Positions 20,801 to 32,400 of a DNA stretch of 64,000 nucleotides are shown here, one piece after another. Origin of the DNA: Raillietiella orientalis. Lineage: Eukaryota. The DNA is taken from assembly GCA_036172245.1 (NCBI GenBank), contig JAYWIR010000021.1, positions 1,488,001 to 1,552,000 on the forward strand. The letters are read 5' to 3'. The position numbers were made by a program, and so were the translations under genes. How positions within the stretch are numbered: position 1 is the first letter of the stretch; each line of letters begins with the position of its first letter. The notes below the pieces were generated by a model, which saw only the letters and a program-made list of their open reading frames with translations, had not been told where the DNA came from and searched no databases.

Positions 20801-23435
20801 GGAAAGAGAGAAGGGAGGAGGAGGCGACCGAGGCCATGCCTTCTCCCGGGAAGGAGTCTCAAGAGGACGAACGAGAGCGGCCGAGGCGACTTGGAGCTCC
20901 CGAGGGCAGCTGCTGCACCTCCTGGGGTGGAGAGTGGGGGTGGGGCGGGCGCGGTCTCCCGTCTCCAGGACCGCTCCTGGAAATCGACGGAACGTCCCTC
21001 GGGAGTGCGCAGACGGAGGAACAGGACCGGAGGTGGCGGCGACTCGGAACCCGCGTTTTCTCGCGGCCCTCAGGGGAGGGGGGCGGCTCGCTCCCGAGAG
21101 GACCACGGATGGGGAGAGAGGGCGGTCCCAGGAGGCGATCGGGACCGCTGCCGCCCGTCATCTCAGCGCCCTCATTTTCACCAGGAAGACGGTGTAAGAC
21201 CTCTGGAAACCTCCTCCTGACCACCCTGGGCCTCCCCGAGGGCAAGGGCAGGATGCGCGCGCGGCGTCCTCTCCCCTTTCTCCTGGACTTCGCGGTCCAG
21301 ATACCTCCCGGGGACGTTTCCGGGTGGATCGCGAAGATCGGGTCTTCCTCCTCGGTGAACGCACTGAGCCTGCGCTCCTTTCACCTCTGCGCCCCTTCCG
21401 GGGTTTCCCAGTCAAAGGTGACCCGGATCTTCTTCCCGGAAGGGGGAGGGGGGGGGAGGGAAGTTGCCGAGTCGACCACGTCCCGAGCGGGGAGGGAAGG
21501 GGGAGGCTCAGCTCATCTGGGCCTACTCGTCTTGGATGCGGCCCTCCCAAGTGGACACCTTCGCAGGCAGCGGCGGCGGCGGCGGCTGAGGAGGTGGGAA
21601 GCGGGGAGGGAGGAGCGTTTGCCTCCTCCTCTCCCTGCCCCTTCCCGGCTCCTCCTGCCTGCCGCTCCGGCCGACTCGCCCCTGCGCGATGCGATCATCT
21701 GGCAACTCTGCGTCTCTCCTTCCTCCCCCCCCTCCTCCTCCTCCTTCCCCTCGGCGGCCGCGCGGTCGCCACGGAGTTGCCATTGTTGCCTCCGCCGCAT
21801 ACCTCGCGTCTCCAGGCGTCGCCCCCGCCGCCGTCCGCATGCGCCTTCGCCGCCGCTCGTTCGATCGCTCCTCCGTCCTCGCGCTCGCCCGCGGTTTCGG
21901 GACCGCGCAAATCCCCGGTCGGGAGGGGAGGGGAGGAGCGGGAGGCGGGGGATTTTTCGCTCCCGAGCGCGGAGAAGCTCCTGCCGCCGCGATCCGGACC
22001 GCCTCCCCGAATTTCGGGAGCGCGCGCCGGCCGAGGAGCTGACGATCCTTGCTATCCCGGGGGAGAAGGAAGCTGCTGGGGCGGCGATGATGACTTATGG
22101 CTGATCCTTCCCGGCCCCCCGTCTTCCCAGGAACAGTAGCTTCTCGGGAGTTTCCGAAAATTCGGGAGAACCGGGAAGCCGTCACCCCGGTCCCCGAGGG
22201 GCTCTGCGAGCCGCGAGACAAATGCGGCCCGCGGTTGCCGTAAACGCATCGGGCGGGCGCTCGTGATTCCCTCGCATCGCGCGCCAATCCCGAGCAGAAG
22301 GGCGGTCAGCTGCGGTCGGCTTCCCGGTCACGCGCGGAGCCAGACTCCCTCTCCCTGAGAGGAAACCGTCCCCCTCTCCCCCCGAAGGTTCGGGGCTTTC
22401 TCGGGGGGGGGGGGGGAACCCCCTTCACTGACGGACGGCACGCAGCAGACTGGACAGGGTCTCCCGGCCACAGGCACGGTGGGCTTCCCGAGATTCCCTT
22501 GAAGGAAGAGGCAGGATGAGCGGGCCCACCGTGGGGCATCCTCCTACCGCGGACCGTAGGAGTCTGCGGAATATCGGGGTGGATGCGCCCACTCTCTGGG
22601 CCTTCGGGGCACCTGCGGCGAGAGAGTGCGTTGCCGGCAGACAGAGGTCGTAGCCTGCAGGTAGGAAACGACCCTCCGGGGGAACACGAGGAGCGGGGGG
22701 GAAAGGGGGACTCAGAGGTCAGAGACGTTCGGCCCTCGCCTCGCTTTCAAGAGGAACCGCGGGAGAGGCACGGCTCTTCCGCGACTAAGAATCCGCTTCG
22801 CCTTTGTGCCCTCCTTGGCGATGCGGAGGCGAAGGCGCCCCCAATCCCCCCTCGGCCGACCCCATCCCCGAGCGGCGGAACCGGAGGCCCGCCGCTCGGG
22901 GGCAGCTCGCACAGGTCGTCCCGCCTCGGCCCTCTCAGGAGGACGCCGCCTGCTCGCGTCCCGTAAAGTGGAAGCAGCGGCCGTCCCGTCAGCGGCCCTT
23001 CCTCCCGGTGACGTCACCGCCTCTGCGAGTCCGTGGGGGAGGGGCGGCAGCGGCACAACGACCGAGCGGGCCGCCAGCAGCGAGACGATCCCTCCCGGAC
23101 GGACGCATCCCGCCTCTTCCCCGTGGCGGCGTTTCCCGCCGGACGCCGACCTTTCCGGGGCTCCTGCGGCCTCTCAGGAAACCCTGCGGCGGGGCCGGGT
23201 GTCGCTCGTCTGCCACTCGGCCTCCTTTCTTTCCCGCGCCATTCCCGAGGAGCTGCGTTCCCCGGGAAGGACGGCGGCGGGACCGCCGAAACCGGCAACC
23301 CGAAATTAATTCCGGCTTTCTATTTACATAATGAAGCGATCCGGGATGGGATCTCCCCAGCATCTCCGAGAGGATTCCTCCATGCGAAATCCATTATTCA
23401 ACAAAGAAGCTCACGGGCTCCTCCTTCCCCCTCCC

Positions 23436-23479
<44 letters not shown>
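23436..23479. repeat. T25-A19 self-complementary homopolymer tract
   Basis: 25 T directly followed by 19 A, flanked by C-rich sequence on the left and G-rich sequence on the right. Confidence 0.9.
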
Positions 23480-23480
<1 letters not shown>

Positions 23481-26400
23481 GAGAGAGAGAGGGGGGGGGG
23501 GGGGAGGGGAAGAAAGGAAGAGCGGAAAGGAACGGAAAGAAGAGATGGTCTGCAAAAGGGGAATCCGCCGCCTCACGCGCTGCCGGTTCGATGCGTGGAG
23601 ATTGGCGCTCCTCGAGCCGGAAACGCAACAGCGGGCTTCCGGGGAAGCGGTGGAGGACGCGCGCGCTCACCGGTCCGCAGGGAGAACGGGGGCGGGAACG
23701 CCGCTCCCGTTCTCCCCTTCGTGGTCGCCCAGGTTCAGCCCAGGAGCCGCGCCGCGTGAAAAGCTCAGGAGGGGCGACAACCCCTTCCCTCCCGGAAGCG
23801 ACGCCAACAACCGGAAGAGGCGCGCGCTCCGCGCTTTTCTCGCGAGCGCCGCGAGTGTCTCCGTGCGGCGCCGACCCCGCAGGCAGCGCTGTCGATCCCG
23901 CAAGTGACCTTGCGGAAGGAGGGGGAAGGAGGAGGCGGGGTGGGGGTGGGGGTGGGGGCGAAGGGGAGCGGAAGCGCGCGCGGCCTGCAAGAGCTGCTGC
24001 AGGCGCGATCCCGCAACCGGCGCCGCCAGTTCGCCGCCCTCGAAATCCACGCGCGGCACGCGTGTGTGCCCTTCCCCGTGTCCTCTCCGTGCAGGCGGGG
24101 GGTCGCCGCAAAGCAGCCGCCGTTCGTGTGCTCCCGTGGATGCACGTCCGCGTGTACAGCACCGAGCGGTCCCGTCGCCAGGCGAGCAACTTCCCTTCCT
24201 TCCCGGGAGGAGGAGGGATCTCCCCCCCCCCCCCACACACACACACAGACAGACACACTGCGAGCGCGAAGGGGGAGAGGGCGGGGAACAGCCCGAAGCG
24301 GCGACGGAGCAAAGCGGTGTCGGACGTCCTCCACCTCGTTATTCAACCGATTTCTGTTTTCTGCCCTTTAATCTACTCCGGGAGCATTCGGTTGTTTCCT
24401 CCGTGGACGAACCAGTTCCATCTTTGTCAGGAAGGAGCATTCAAATCACACCGCAGTTATTGATTATCATAATAATGGATGTTGTTTATGAATCATCTGT
24501 CTTCCCGGTTTTGCATTGTTCCCGAATATCGTGTTTTGCACGGAGGAGGGCAGTCGACTTGGGGTCGAAAGCAATCCAGAAATTCGCTCATTTGGCGGAT
24601 TAAACAGGACGGAGCACAGCGCCATCGTCCCATAAATTGTTCAAACTACCTGACTGTTCTCTATAATGAAATCGGCTACATTATTACTATGCGATAAACA
24701 GTTTTCTTCATCAATCAAGTGAGCTCTAGGTAATGCTCCTCTGCTCCTAATCTCTTCCGCGCTACTTTCCTTCCTTCGGCGCTGCGGAAAGAAAAAAGGA
24801 AAGAGATGCGGGGAGGAGGGACGAGGAAACGGATGACCGCCCGCACCGAGCGTCGCTTCGCCTCTCGTTGCCCTGGCAACAATGAGCCGCGCCCGCGGGC
24901 CTACGCGAACTGGATTTTCGGATTCCCGCATCGCCAACAATGAAAAATGGCGCCCCGGTTTCCCCCCCTCCCCCCTCCTTCGCCTTCTCCAGCCCCCTCG
25001 GCAAGTGTGTTCCTTCCGACCGCTGGGAAGGGGCTCCTCTTTGCCCCTTTGCCCGGGGTACGGGTTTTCTCCCAGACGGGTGCTCCAGAGGGAAGTAAGT
25101 GCACGGTGGAAGCGAGAAAGGGATGCTCTCCGACCTGGAGAGGAACCCGTGCCTCTCTCAGGCGCTCCTTCTCATAGGCTCGAGTCTCCCCTCCCCCCTT
25201 CCCCTCCCATTCTGTCCCTTGCTTTCTTTCCCCCGTCCTCTCCCGTCTCCTGTGAGATGCGCAAGGTGCCCGCTGAGGTGCAACAGTGAACTGCGTGACA
25301 CCCGGGACGTGTGGACGGTGCTCCCTTAGCTCGATGGTGAGAGTGGAGTGCAGGTATGGTGGGCAGCAGGTCCAGGTTCAGCAGTCAAAAACAAAACGAA
25401 TGCATTTCCCTAGTGAAAATTTTCTCGAAGGAATTCCCGGCAAGCTTATTAGGTAACCCTGCGATCGCGGAGGGAGGGGGAGGAGAGATGCAAAAGTTGG
25501 CGTATTATTTTGTCAATTCCAAATTGCCCTAGGTACAAGAGAGACGTCTATCTGTGCGGTACGACAATTCTGTCTCGAAGAGAGGGACGAGCAGAAATGC
25601 AGGTGGATTCAGGTGCGCCCCCCTTTCCAGGCTCCCAAAAGGCACACACGGCGGTCGAGTCGATTCCTCGTGACGCGTGTCTAGTAGGCAATTGCACCGG
25701 TCCCTCTGAAATGAGGGCTCTCCTCTGCTCACTTCTCCCGGGTTCAAAAGATTTGATCTGGAACTGCAAAGGGATCTTTGCTTTCGCGAGGGGATTCTCT
25801 CCTTGGCAGATTTATGGGAGACCTGGGTACTCCACGCTGCAGGATTCCCCATGAAGGTTGCTCCCGGCTCAACGAGAAGAGGGAAGGTCCACGAGAGCGT
25901 AACTCTCCCCAGGCAGAGCTGGTCCGACGCGTGAAGTGGAGCAGGGAAGAGTCGCTGCCGCTGCTCCTTTCCTTGCTGCCTCATCGTGTGCTGCATGGGA
26001 CGGATTGGTCTTCATGAAGCAATAGGCGAAAAAAGAGGGGAAGAGGCAACGGGGAGAGAAGGAGGAAGGGAGATCGCTTCTTCCTGCGTCCTGCGTTATC
26101 ACGCCTCTTGCATCGCGGCGGCACTAATGGCCGCCGATGGGAGAGACGTGGAGGAGACGATCGGGGGACGCAACATTGTGCGTACGTGAGGTCGGCAGTG
26201 GGGCTGCACGGGAACGAGTGGTTCGGAGCTCGCGGGAGGCGCTAATTCCCAGCTATCACCGGCTATTGAGCGCCAGTGACAACTACCATCATTCCCGGAG
26301 GGAAGGCGTTCTCTGGCTACGCTGAGCGGCCGAGGGTTCGGATGCGGTCGACGGGAGCGAGCTCATCTTTTCCTGAAAAGGTCACTCGGAGTTCGTTTCG

Positions 26401-29400
26401 GAGGTGGATTTCGCCTTTGCGGGCAAGGAGCCAGAGAAGCCCCCCTGCCACACCGAAAGAAACAAAACAAAGCAAGACAGCAACAGCAATGAATTGCACG
26501 CTCGATAGGTACCCGCTGCTCCCTACCGAGGAAAGCCTCCGTTGCTCAGCTCTGTTCGTAACGGGAACAGCGGCCGTTTCCCGATGGGGCTTCCCGCACT
26601 CAGACTCAAAGATCTGGCAGGCTGCCAATCTGGAAGGCTACTAGTTCTTAGCAGATTCTGAAGGACGCCGAGGGAAGCGGCGACCGTCATGAAGGTTATG
26701 AGCTATCCATTTGGCGGTGCCAGCGGGCAAAATCCGAACCGCCGCACTTCCACGCCCTGCTGCTCACGCGTCAGCCACGTATCGCGGCACGAATTCCGTC
26801 CGTGCTGCTCCCGTCCTTCGATCTTTGAGAATTCGATGCTGGCATCCTCACCCTTCCTTCCCCTCGCCCTCCCTTTCCTGTTGCTGTGGGTATCAGGAAG
26901 GATTTCCGGGCTGCATCCCGTAGCTCTGTGACGGCGGGCGGGGGGCGAAGAGGAACGGAGGAATGCAAGGACGGACCTCGCCTCCGTTCCTGGCGCCGCC
27001 CCATCTCGTGGTCCAGTCGGAGCATGACTCGAGAGGCATTTGGTTTGTCCTGAGATGGAAGCTGCGTTGTCTTTGCCGACGCGGCGATCCAAGTCACAGA
27101 CGAGGCGCTCGGACGTCCGGCACTCCGGCGGGCCCGTGGCGGGAGTTTCTTCGCGCCAGGGACGCTCCCGAGGCACGCCGCCCTTGACCGCGCGGCCGCG
27201 TGCGCTTCGTTTCCCCAAAGCTTCAGGCATTCGATCAAAACTCCCGGCGGGAAGGGAAGCGAGACCTGCACGGAAGCGATGCTGGGGTGAGGTCAGCCGC
27301 CGCCCCCGCCGTCTCCGCAATCTCCCATGGCGATCTCAGCCTGTGCGAATCGAGAGAGAGTGTGTTTGCGGCGAAACGTACTGCCATTTTTCAAATTCCA
27401 CTATCGTCTGTCTCCTCTCTTCACTCCCTCCTCCCCCGGAGGCGGTACTTGCTTATCTAAGCGGAAAGACTCATGAAGGCACGCGCGATTTGTTCTCCCC
27501 CTCCCCCCCGCCTTCTTCGCTCATGGAAAACAAGAAACGGCTGCGACTTTTGAGGATTGGCCGACTTCTACGAATGTTTTCCATTTTTCATTCCTCCTAA
27601 GTGGTACTGCGAGACACTTCTAAAGATTGGAAATTTCCTATCGCGATCCTGGGAGTTCGACGTGACGAGGAGCGCTGAAGAGGCCTTCTGAGGTGGGGGT
27701 GGGGAGGCAGCTGCGACGGCGCGAGTGCTGCGAGATACGGCGACGGCGAGAGGGAGAGACGCGCAGAGAGACAGAAAGGCCAGCCGGAGAGGCGTACGCG
27801 GCGAAGGAGAAAATCGTGGAGATGTGGCGGGAGAGAGGGGGGGCGCTTGCACCCTCTCCCTCTAGCGAAAAGGAGTTTCCAGGAAGCGAGAAGCCCTGCT
27901 GATGCCACTTCCTCACCATCCCCGTCTTCTGCGTACGATCGACTCCGTGAAAAGACGGTGGGGGGGGGGGAGACCTTCGATTTCCGATGAACGCCCCGAG
28001 GAAAGAGGGAAGGAAGAGGTCCCGACGAGCGAATTGGATGAAATCGAGCTTGAAATTACGCGATCGGACAGCCCATCGACGAAGGAACGCCGTTTGCGTT
28101 CCCATTTATAAAAATGTGAACAGATTCACGATACCGAAGAATTAAGAGGTCAGCGTTGATTTATGAGGACGCTTAGGTTCCGTTTCAAAAAAAAAAATAA
28201 ATGAACGAATTTACGTGGACCGGGAATCTCGCGTCAAGTATTTTTAGATCTCCGGAAAATGGATGATGGATGCTGCCGTTTCCTTCCTCCGGAAACATAG
28301 AAGAAGTGCTTTTCGTTCGCAAGAGGAGGAGGGGGAGCCAATCAGTGAAGCCCATTAAACGCGGCCGTTCGAACTTCCCACCGGCACGAAGCCGGGGGGG
28401 GGGGGCTGGCGGCGCCCTTCTCTAATGTTGCAGGAGAAACACCCAGAACCTCAGCTGCTCTCCACCTACCGTCTCGGAGTCTCCGAAGAGACAAAAGAGA
28501 GAAAGGGTTCCGCGAGAAAGCGAAAGCCCGGTTTCCCACGTCTTCCGCTGTGAGAATCGGAGCGCAGTCGTTCCCTCGGCGCGTCCCTACCCACTCCCTA
28601 ATGGGGATACGAGGCGCTCTTCCTCCTCCTTTCTTGTGCTGGGCATCCTGAGATCGGGACGCTACGAATCCGAACCGAAGTCTGCGCTGCTTAGCAGCAT
28701 GAGAAGCAGCGCGTATCAAACGCGGAAGACGGGGCGACGATGTCCACACCTGCGCTCCCCCTGACCATCTCGTTCAGATGCAGAGCGCCTCTCTCCGCAT
28801 GCCTCCTGTTAGGTTATCGAATCCTCCTACCATTAGGTTATCGAATTTCGTTGTTACCCTTGAGTTCACTCAGTGAAGCTGCCCCTCGAAACGCGACCCC
28901 CTGCTCTTTAAACTTTGAAGGAGCTAATTAAAAATTTTCTCGCCATGCTACACCTTTAAATCCCATCGCCGGTTTCCAAGTAAACCGGCATTTTTGATTC
29001 CCGTCTCCATTCTCGGAAGCCTCGTTGAGAATCTTCGCTCCTGGAAGTTCGGGAATTTGTCCGTAGTGATCCGTATGATCCGTGCTTCGTGTAATTCGTT
29101 TTCCCGTGATTCTCTCTCAGGTAATCAGCTCCCGTATGTGTTTCAACTTCTGATGCCATGTACGAACAAAAAAAAAAGAAAGAAAAAAAGTTGACCACGG
29201 TTTCCGGTGAAACTTGAATTGCTTCCTCGGAATCTCATTGCGGCCGCAATGAGCAGCCCGAACGAAGAGATGAGTAGGTGATGGAACGTGTGATGAGATA
29301 ATTAGGCATTCACTGATCGAACGAGAGCAGCCAGGCCGCAAAAGGAAAAGCTGAACGGAAAACATGCACTCTGTGCGAGGACGTGCTTTGCAACACTCTC

Positions 29401-32400
29401 TGAGATTTCGGACGACGATTAACGGCGCTTTCATCGCAGAGATTGGCTTGCTTTTGATTTTTGAGGCATCATTTTTTTCTCCCCCCTCTCTCTCTTGATT
29501 GAGCGAGCGAGCTTTGCTTGCAGTTATCCCTTGCGCTTCATTGCCGAGCTTCGTCATTGTGTATGCCTGAAGCCCTCTGGTGGATACATCGGAAAAGGGA
29601 TTCCAGCGCTGCTCCTCAGCCACCTCAACCTCCCCTCTTGCCTTTCTGGAATCCGCAAATTAAGCTATAACAGCATAGGTACCGCGGTGGAGCAGCTTGT
29701 ACCGATTACAGCTTCTACCGATATGTACTTTATCAATGCACTGGATATACCTAAAATCGTTTCCGTTAGGAAGGGGCGATTTCGGGGTTATCTCCTCTCG
29801 AAATGTTTTAGCGCATTCGCTTGCGCTCCCATAAACCTCGAAGGACGGTGAACGAAACTGCACGCATGGAAGAACATCGAGTCGTTGAAGTTTTCAGCCA
29901 AGCGATGTCATCATAATCGGACACTTTGAATGTTCCAGAAGGAAGGTAAGATTCTGAAAAATGACTCCATCAAAACAAAAAGAGTTATTGTCATTGTCGA
30001 AATGGATGATAGAAAACTCTGTATGTTGATTCCCTTGCATTGCTCTACTCCTCAAGGCATCCGTTTTGTTGACCTTGATTACATCCCTCAAGCGACTGCC
30101 GTTCGCTTCTACGAGCAATAGGGACGCCTTGCTAGGCTGCTTCATGGGATGCAACTCATTTCGTAACAGGGATTTCCAGGACTGCTTGATCCCCGACTTT
30201 CGTTCCTTCTCTTTTTTCTATTACCAACCAATTTACCACTCGCACGCTGCACTTAACGAAGATGAGCCGATTGCGCGAATCCGGTGCAATTTCGCAGCCG
30301 AAGGACAGATCTTGTTCGTTCCCCATGAATGAAACGCGACTGGAAGCACTTCCAGAGAACCGAGAAGAATACGGTCAGAACCTGCAAAAGACGTATCGGC
30401 AGGACCTTCCCAGATACCGCATGTTTCTGAAGACATGTTCTTGAGAAGCCACGGCTAATGATCGCGGAAAGCCAAGCATCAGCTTGATTAAAGAAATGGA
30501 GCTACAAAATACGGGAACACAGACGTGAAAATGCGTCAGAAGAACTCTGTCAAGCTGTAGAAGAAGAGGGACGTTTTGTTTTCTCTGGAGTCAAGGCACG
30601 TCTTCCATGGACGGAAAATTCGAATTTGTTCCTTGGCTTCCTAGTGGTGGAGACACCCCCAAATCCTTTGCGAGTCTTCAGAACAATGAAACAACAACAA
30701 CAAAAAAAAAAACAAACGTTGCAATTCGCAAAAGCAAAGCCAAAATGAGTGGATTGGGATGTGCAGAGGCCGAGAAGAAAGGAGTTTTCTGCTGCTGTTG
30801 GACCGAGTCAGATGAATTCTTATTCGTTGACGCTCTCAGTGTTCATCGTCAGGTGGCTACTCTTTCGTCGCTGGCTACAGGCTGCCCCTCGTGCATAGGC
30901 ATCTCCTTCCCTCCGCGATCCTTAGTTCTCCCGAAACCTAGGCGGGGGATCAGACGAGGAGACAGCTTGAGCACCATTCCCGAGTTGGCACCGGAGGCGC
31001 ATCCGCATATTCCAGCTTGCCTTCCTTTAAACTTCCCCGACACGCCTGCCTATACCAACGACTTCCTTTTCCCGTTAAATGTTGGAATACAACAGGCTGC
31101 TGTCGAAGCCCTCTGCGAATTGATCCAAAGCAGAGCAGGAGTTCAAGCTAACAAGCAGAGGTACAGTGCTGTCACGGTTCCAAAATTGTTAGACCAGAGA
31201 TAAGACTGCTCTCTTGTGGTGATTCCCGTGGATGCGCCGGTGGTTCATCTCCGAAGAGATAGATCTGATCTTCCTGCCTGAAAGCAGCACGTGTCCTGGT
31301 CCCGTTAGGGTAATGGCAGATTTCTGCTACCGGAAAAGTCATCAATCGGAACGTCTTCTTGATTCTACGGCACGGTGCCCTCCTTCTTGGGTGTGCACTC
31401 AAGTGGCGGATCTCATTCGGAAGTCCTTCTGCAACACCTCAAGATCCAGTATGCATCTCCTCCTCTAAGGTGATCGATCGTCTGAACTTGTTCTTCCCGG
31501 AATGAATGGTAGAACGAACACTGTTTCGGAGAATGGCCTTCATAGCCTAATGGATAGCGCATTGATTTCTGTTAACGCGCATTCTTGTGAAGAACGCCTC
31601 ATTCCTCTCTTCCAGCCAAAATTGACTGAAGCCTCTGGACTTTGGGGCTACCTTAGAGCGCTGGGGAAGAGCCTTCTATCTTTTGCCGCAAACTGAAAAT
31701 GGATGGTTGGCGTCCGGCATCAGCCGGCACTTGGGTCAGTCTGGAAAGAGCTTGTTCTAGAACGACCATTGTCATCAGTCACGTAGACAGGCCCTTTTAC
31801 GGAAGAGATCCAAATGTAACCAGTGTTACGTTCCTACAGCTGATCCCCCCTTCATCGGCGCTCCGCACTCCCTTCACCAAGACAAGGAGGAAGAAGAGGA
31901 TTCTCCAGCGGAATGAGACGTTACCTACCAACTTAAACTAAACTACAAAACCTATTGCTCTGTAGATAATGCTGCAGTTGAAAGAAGAAAAGAACAGAAG
32001 AAAAGGAAGCAGTGATGGAACTACAATGTCAGAAAGGACTCCTTGTGATTCCGAAGGAACGTTTCAAGATCCCAGATTTCCGTTTGGATCATTCCACTCT
32101 TTCCCTGCTCCAATGGCAAACAGCAATCCTATTGCTGCATTGGGACCTCCCCCCTGACGAGAAACTTTATTTACACCTCGAGGGAAAGAATCCCCAAGGA
32201 ATGCGCGCAATATGGCAGAATGGATTGCCTTCCATACATCTTTTCGATTGCAACACGGCTGAGGACACATCGTAAAGGCATTGGACCACCCGATGTGCCC
32301 CTCAGAATCACATGCGGAGAATACTTACTTCGTTGTCAATGTCGATTGCCTCCGCGACGGAAGTACCTTTCTGCTTGTGAGGCGTCATCATAATAGCGGA

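Noticed and set aside
19300..25300. Dense overlapping 200-476 aa ORFs
   Set aside because: Arg/Pro/Gly/Ser-rich low-complexity translations crossing homopolymers; an artefact of stop-codon scarcity in GC-rich DNA.
28809..28846. Short direct repeats (ttaggttatcgaat x2; also cgtcatgtaaaac x2 at 51630-51657) as CRISPR-like arrays
   Set aside because: Only two copies each with very short spacers, in eukaryotic context; simple local duplications.
29100..32400. Moderate-GC block with short broken ORFs (degenerate retroelement?)
   Set aside because: No RT (YxDD), integrase, transposase motif, LTR or TIR could be identified.
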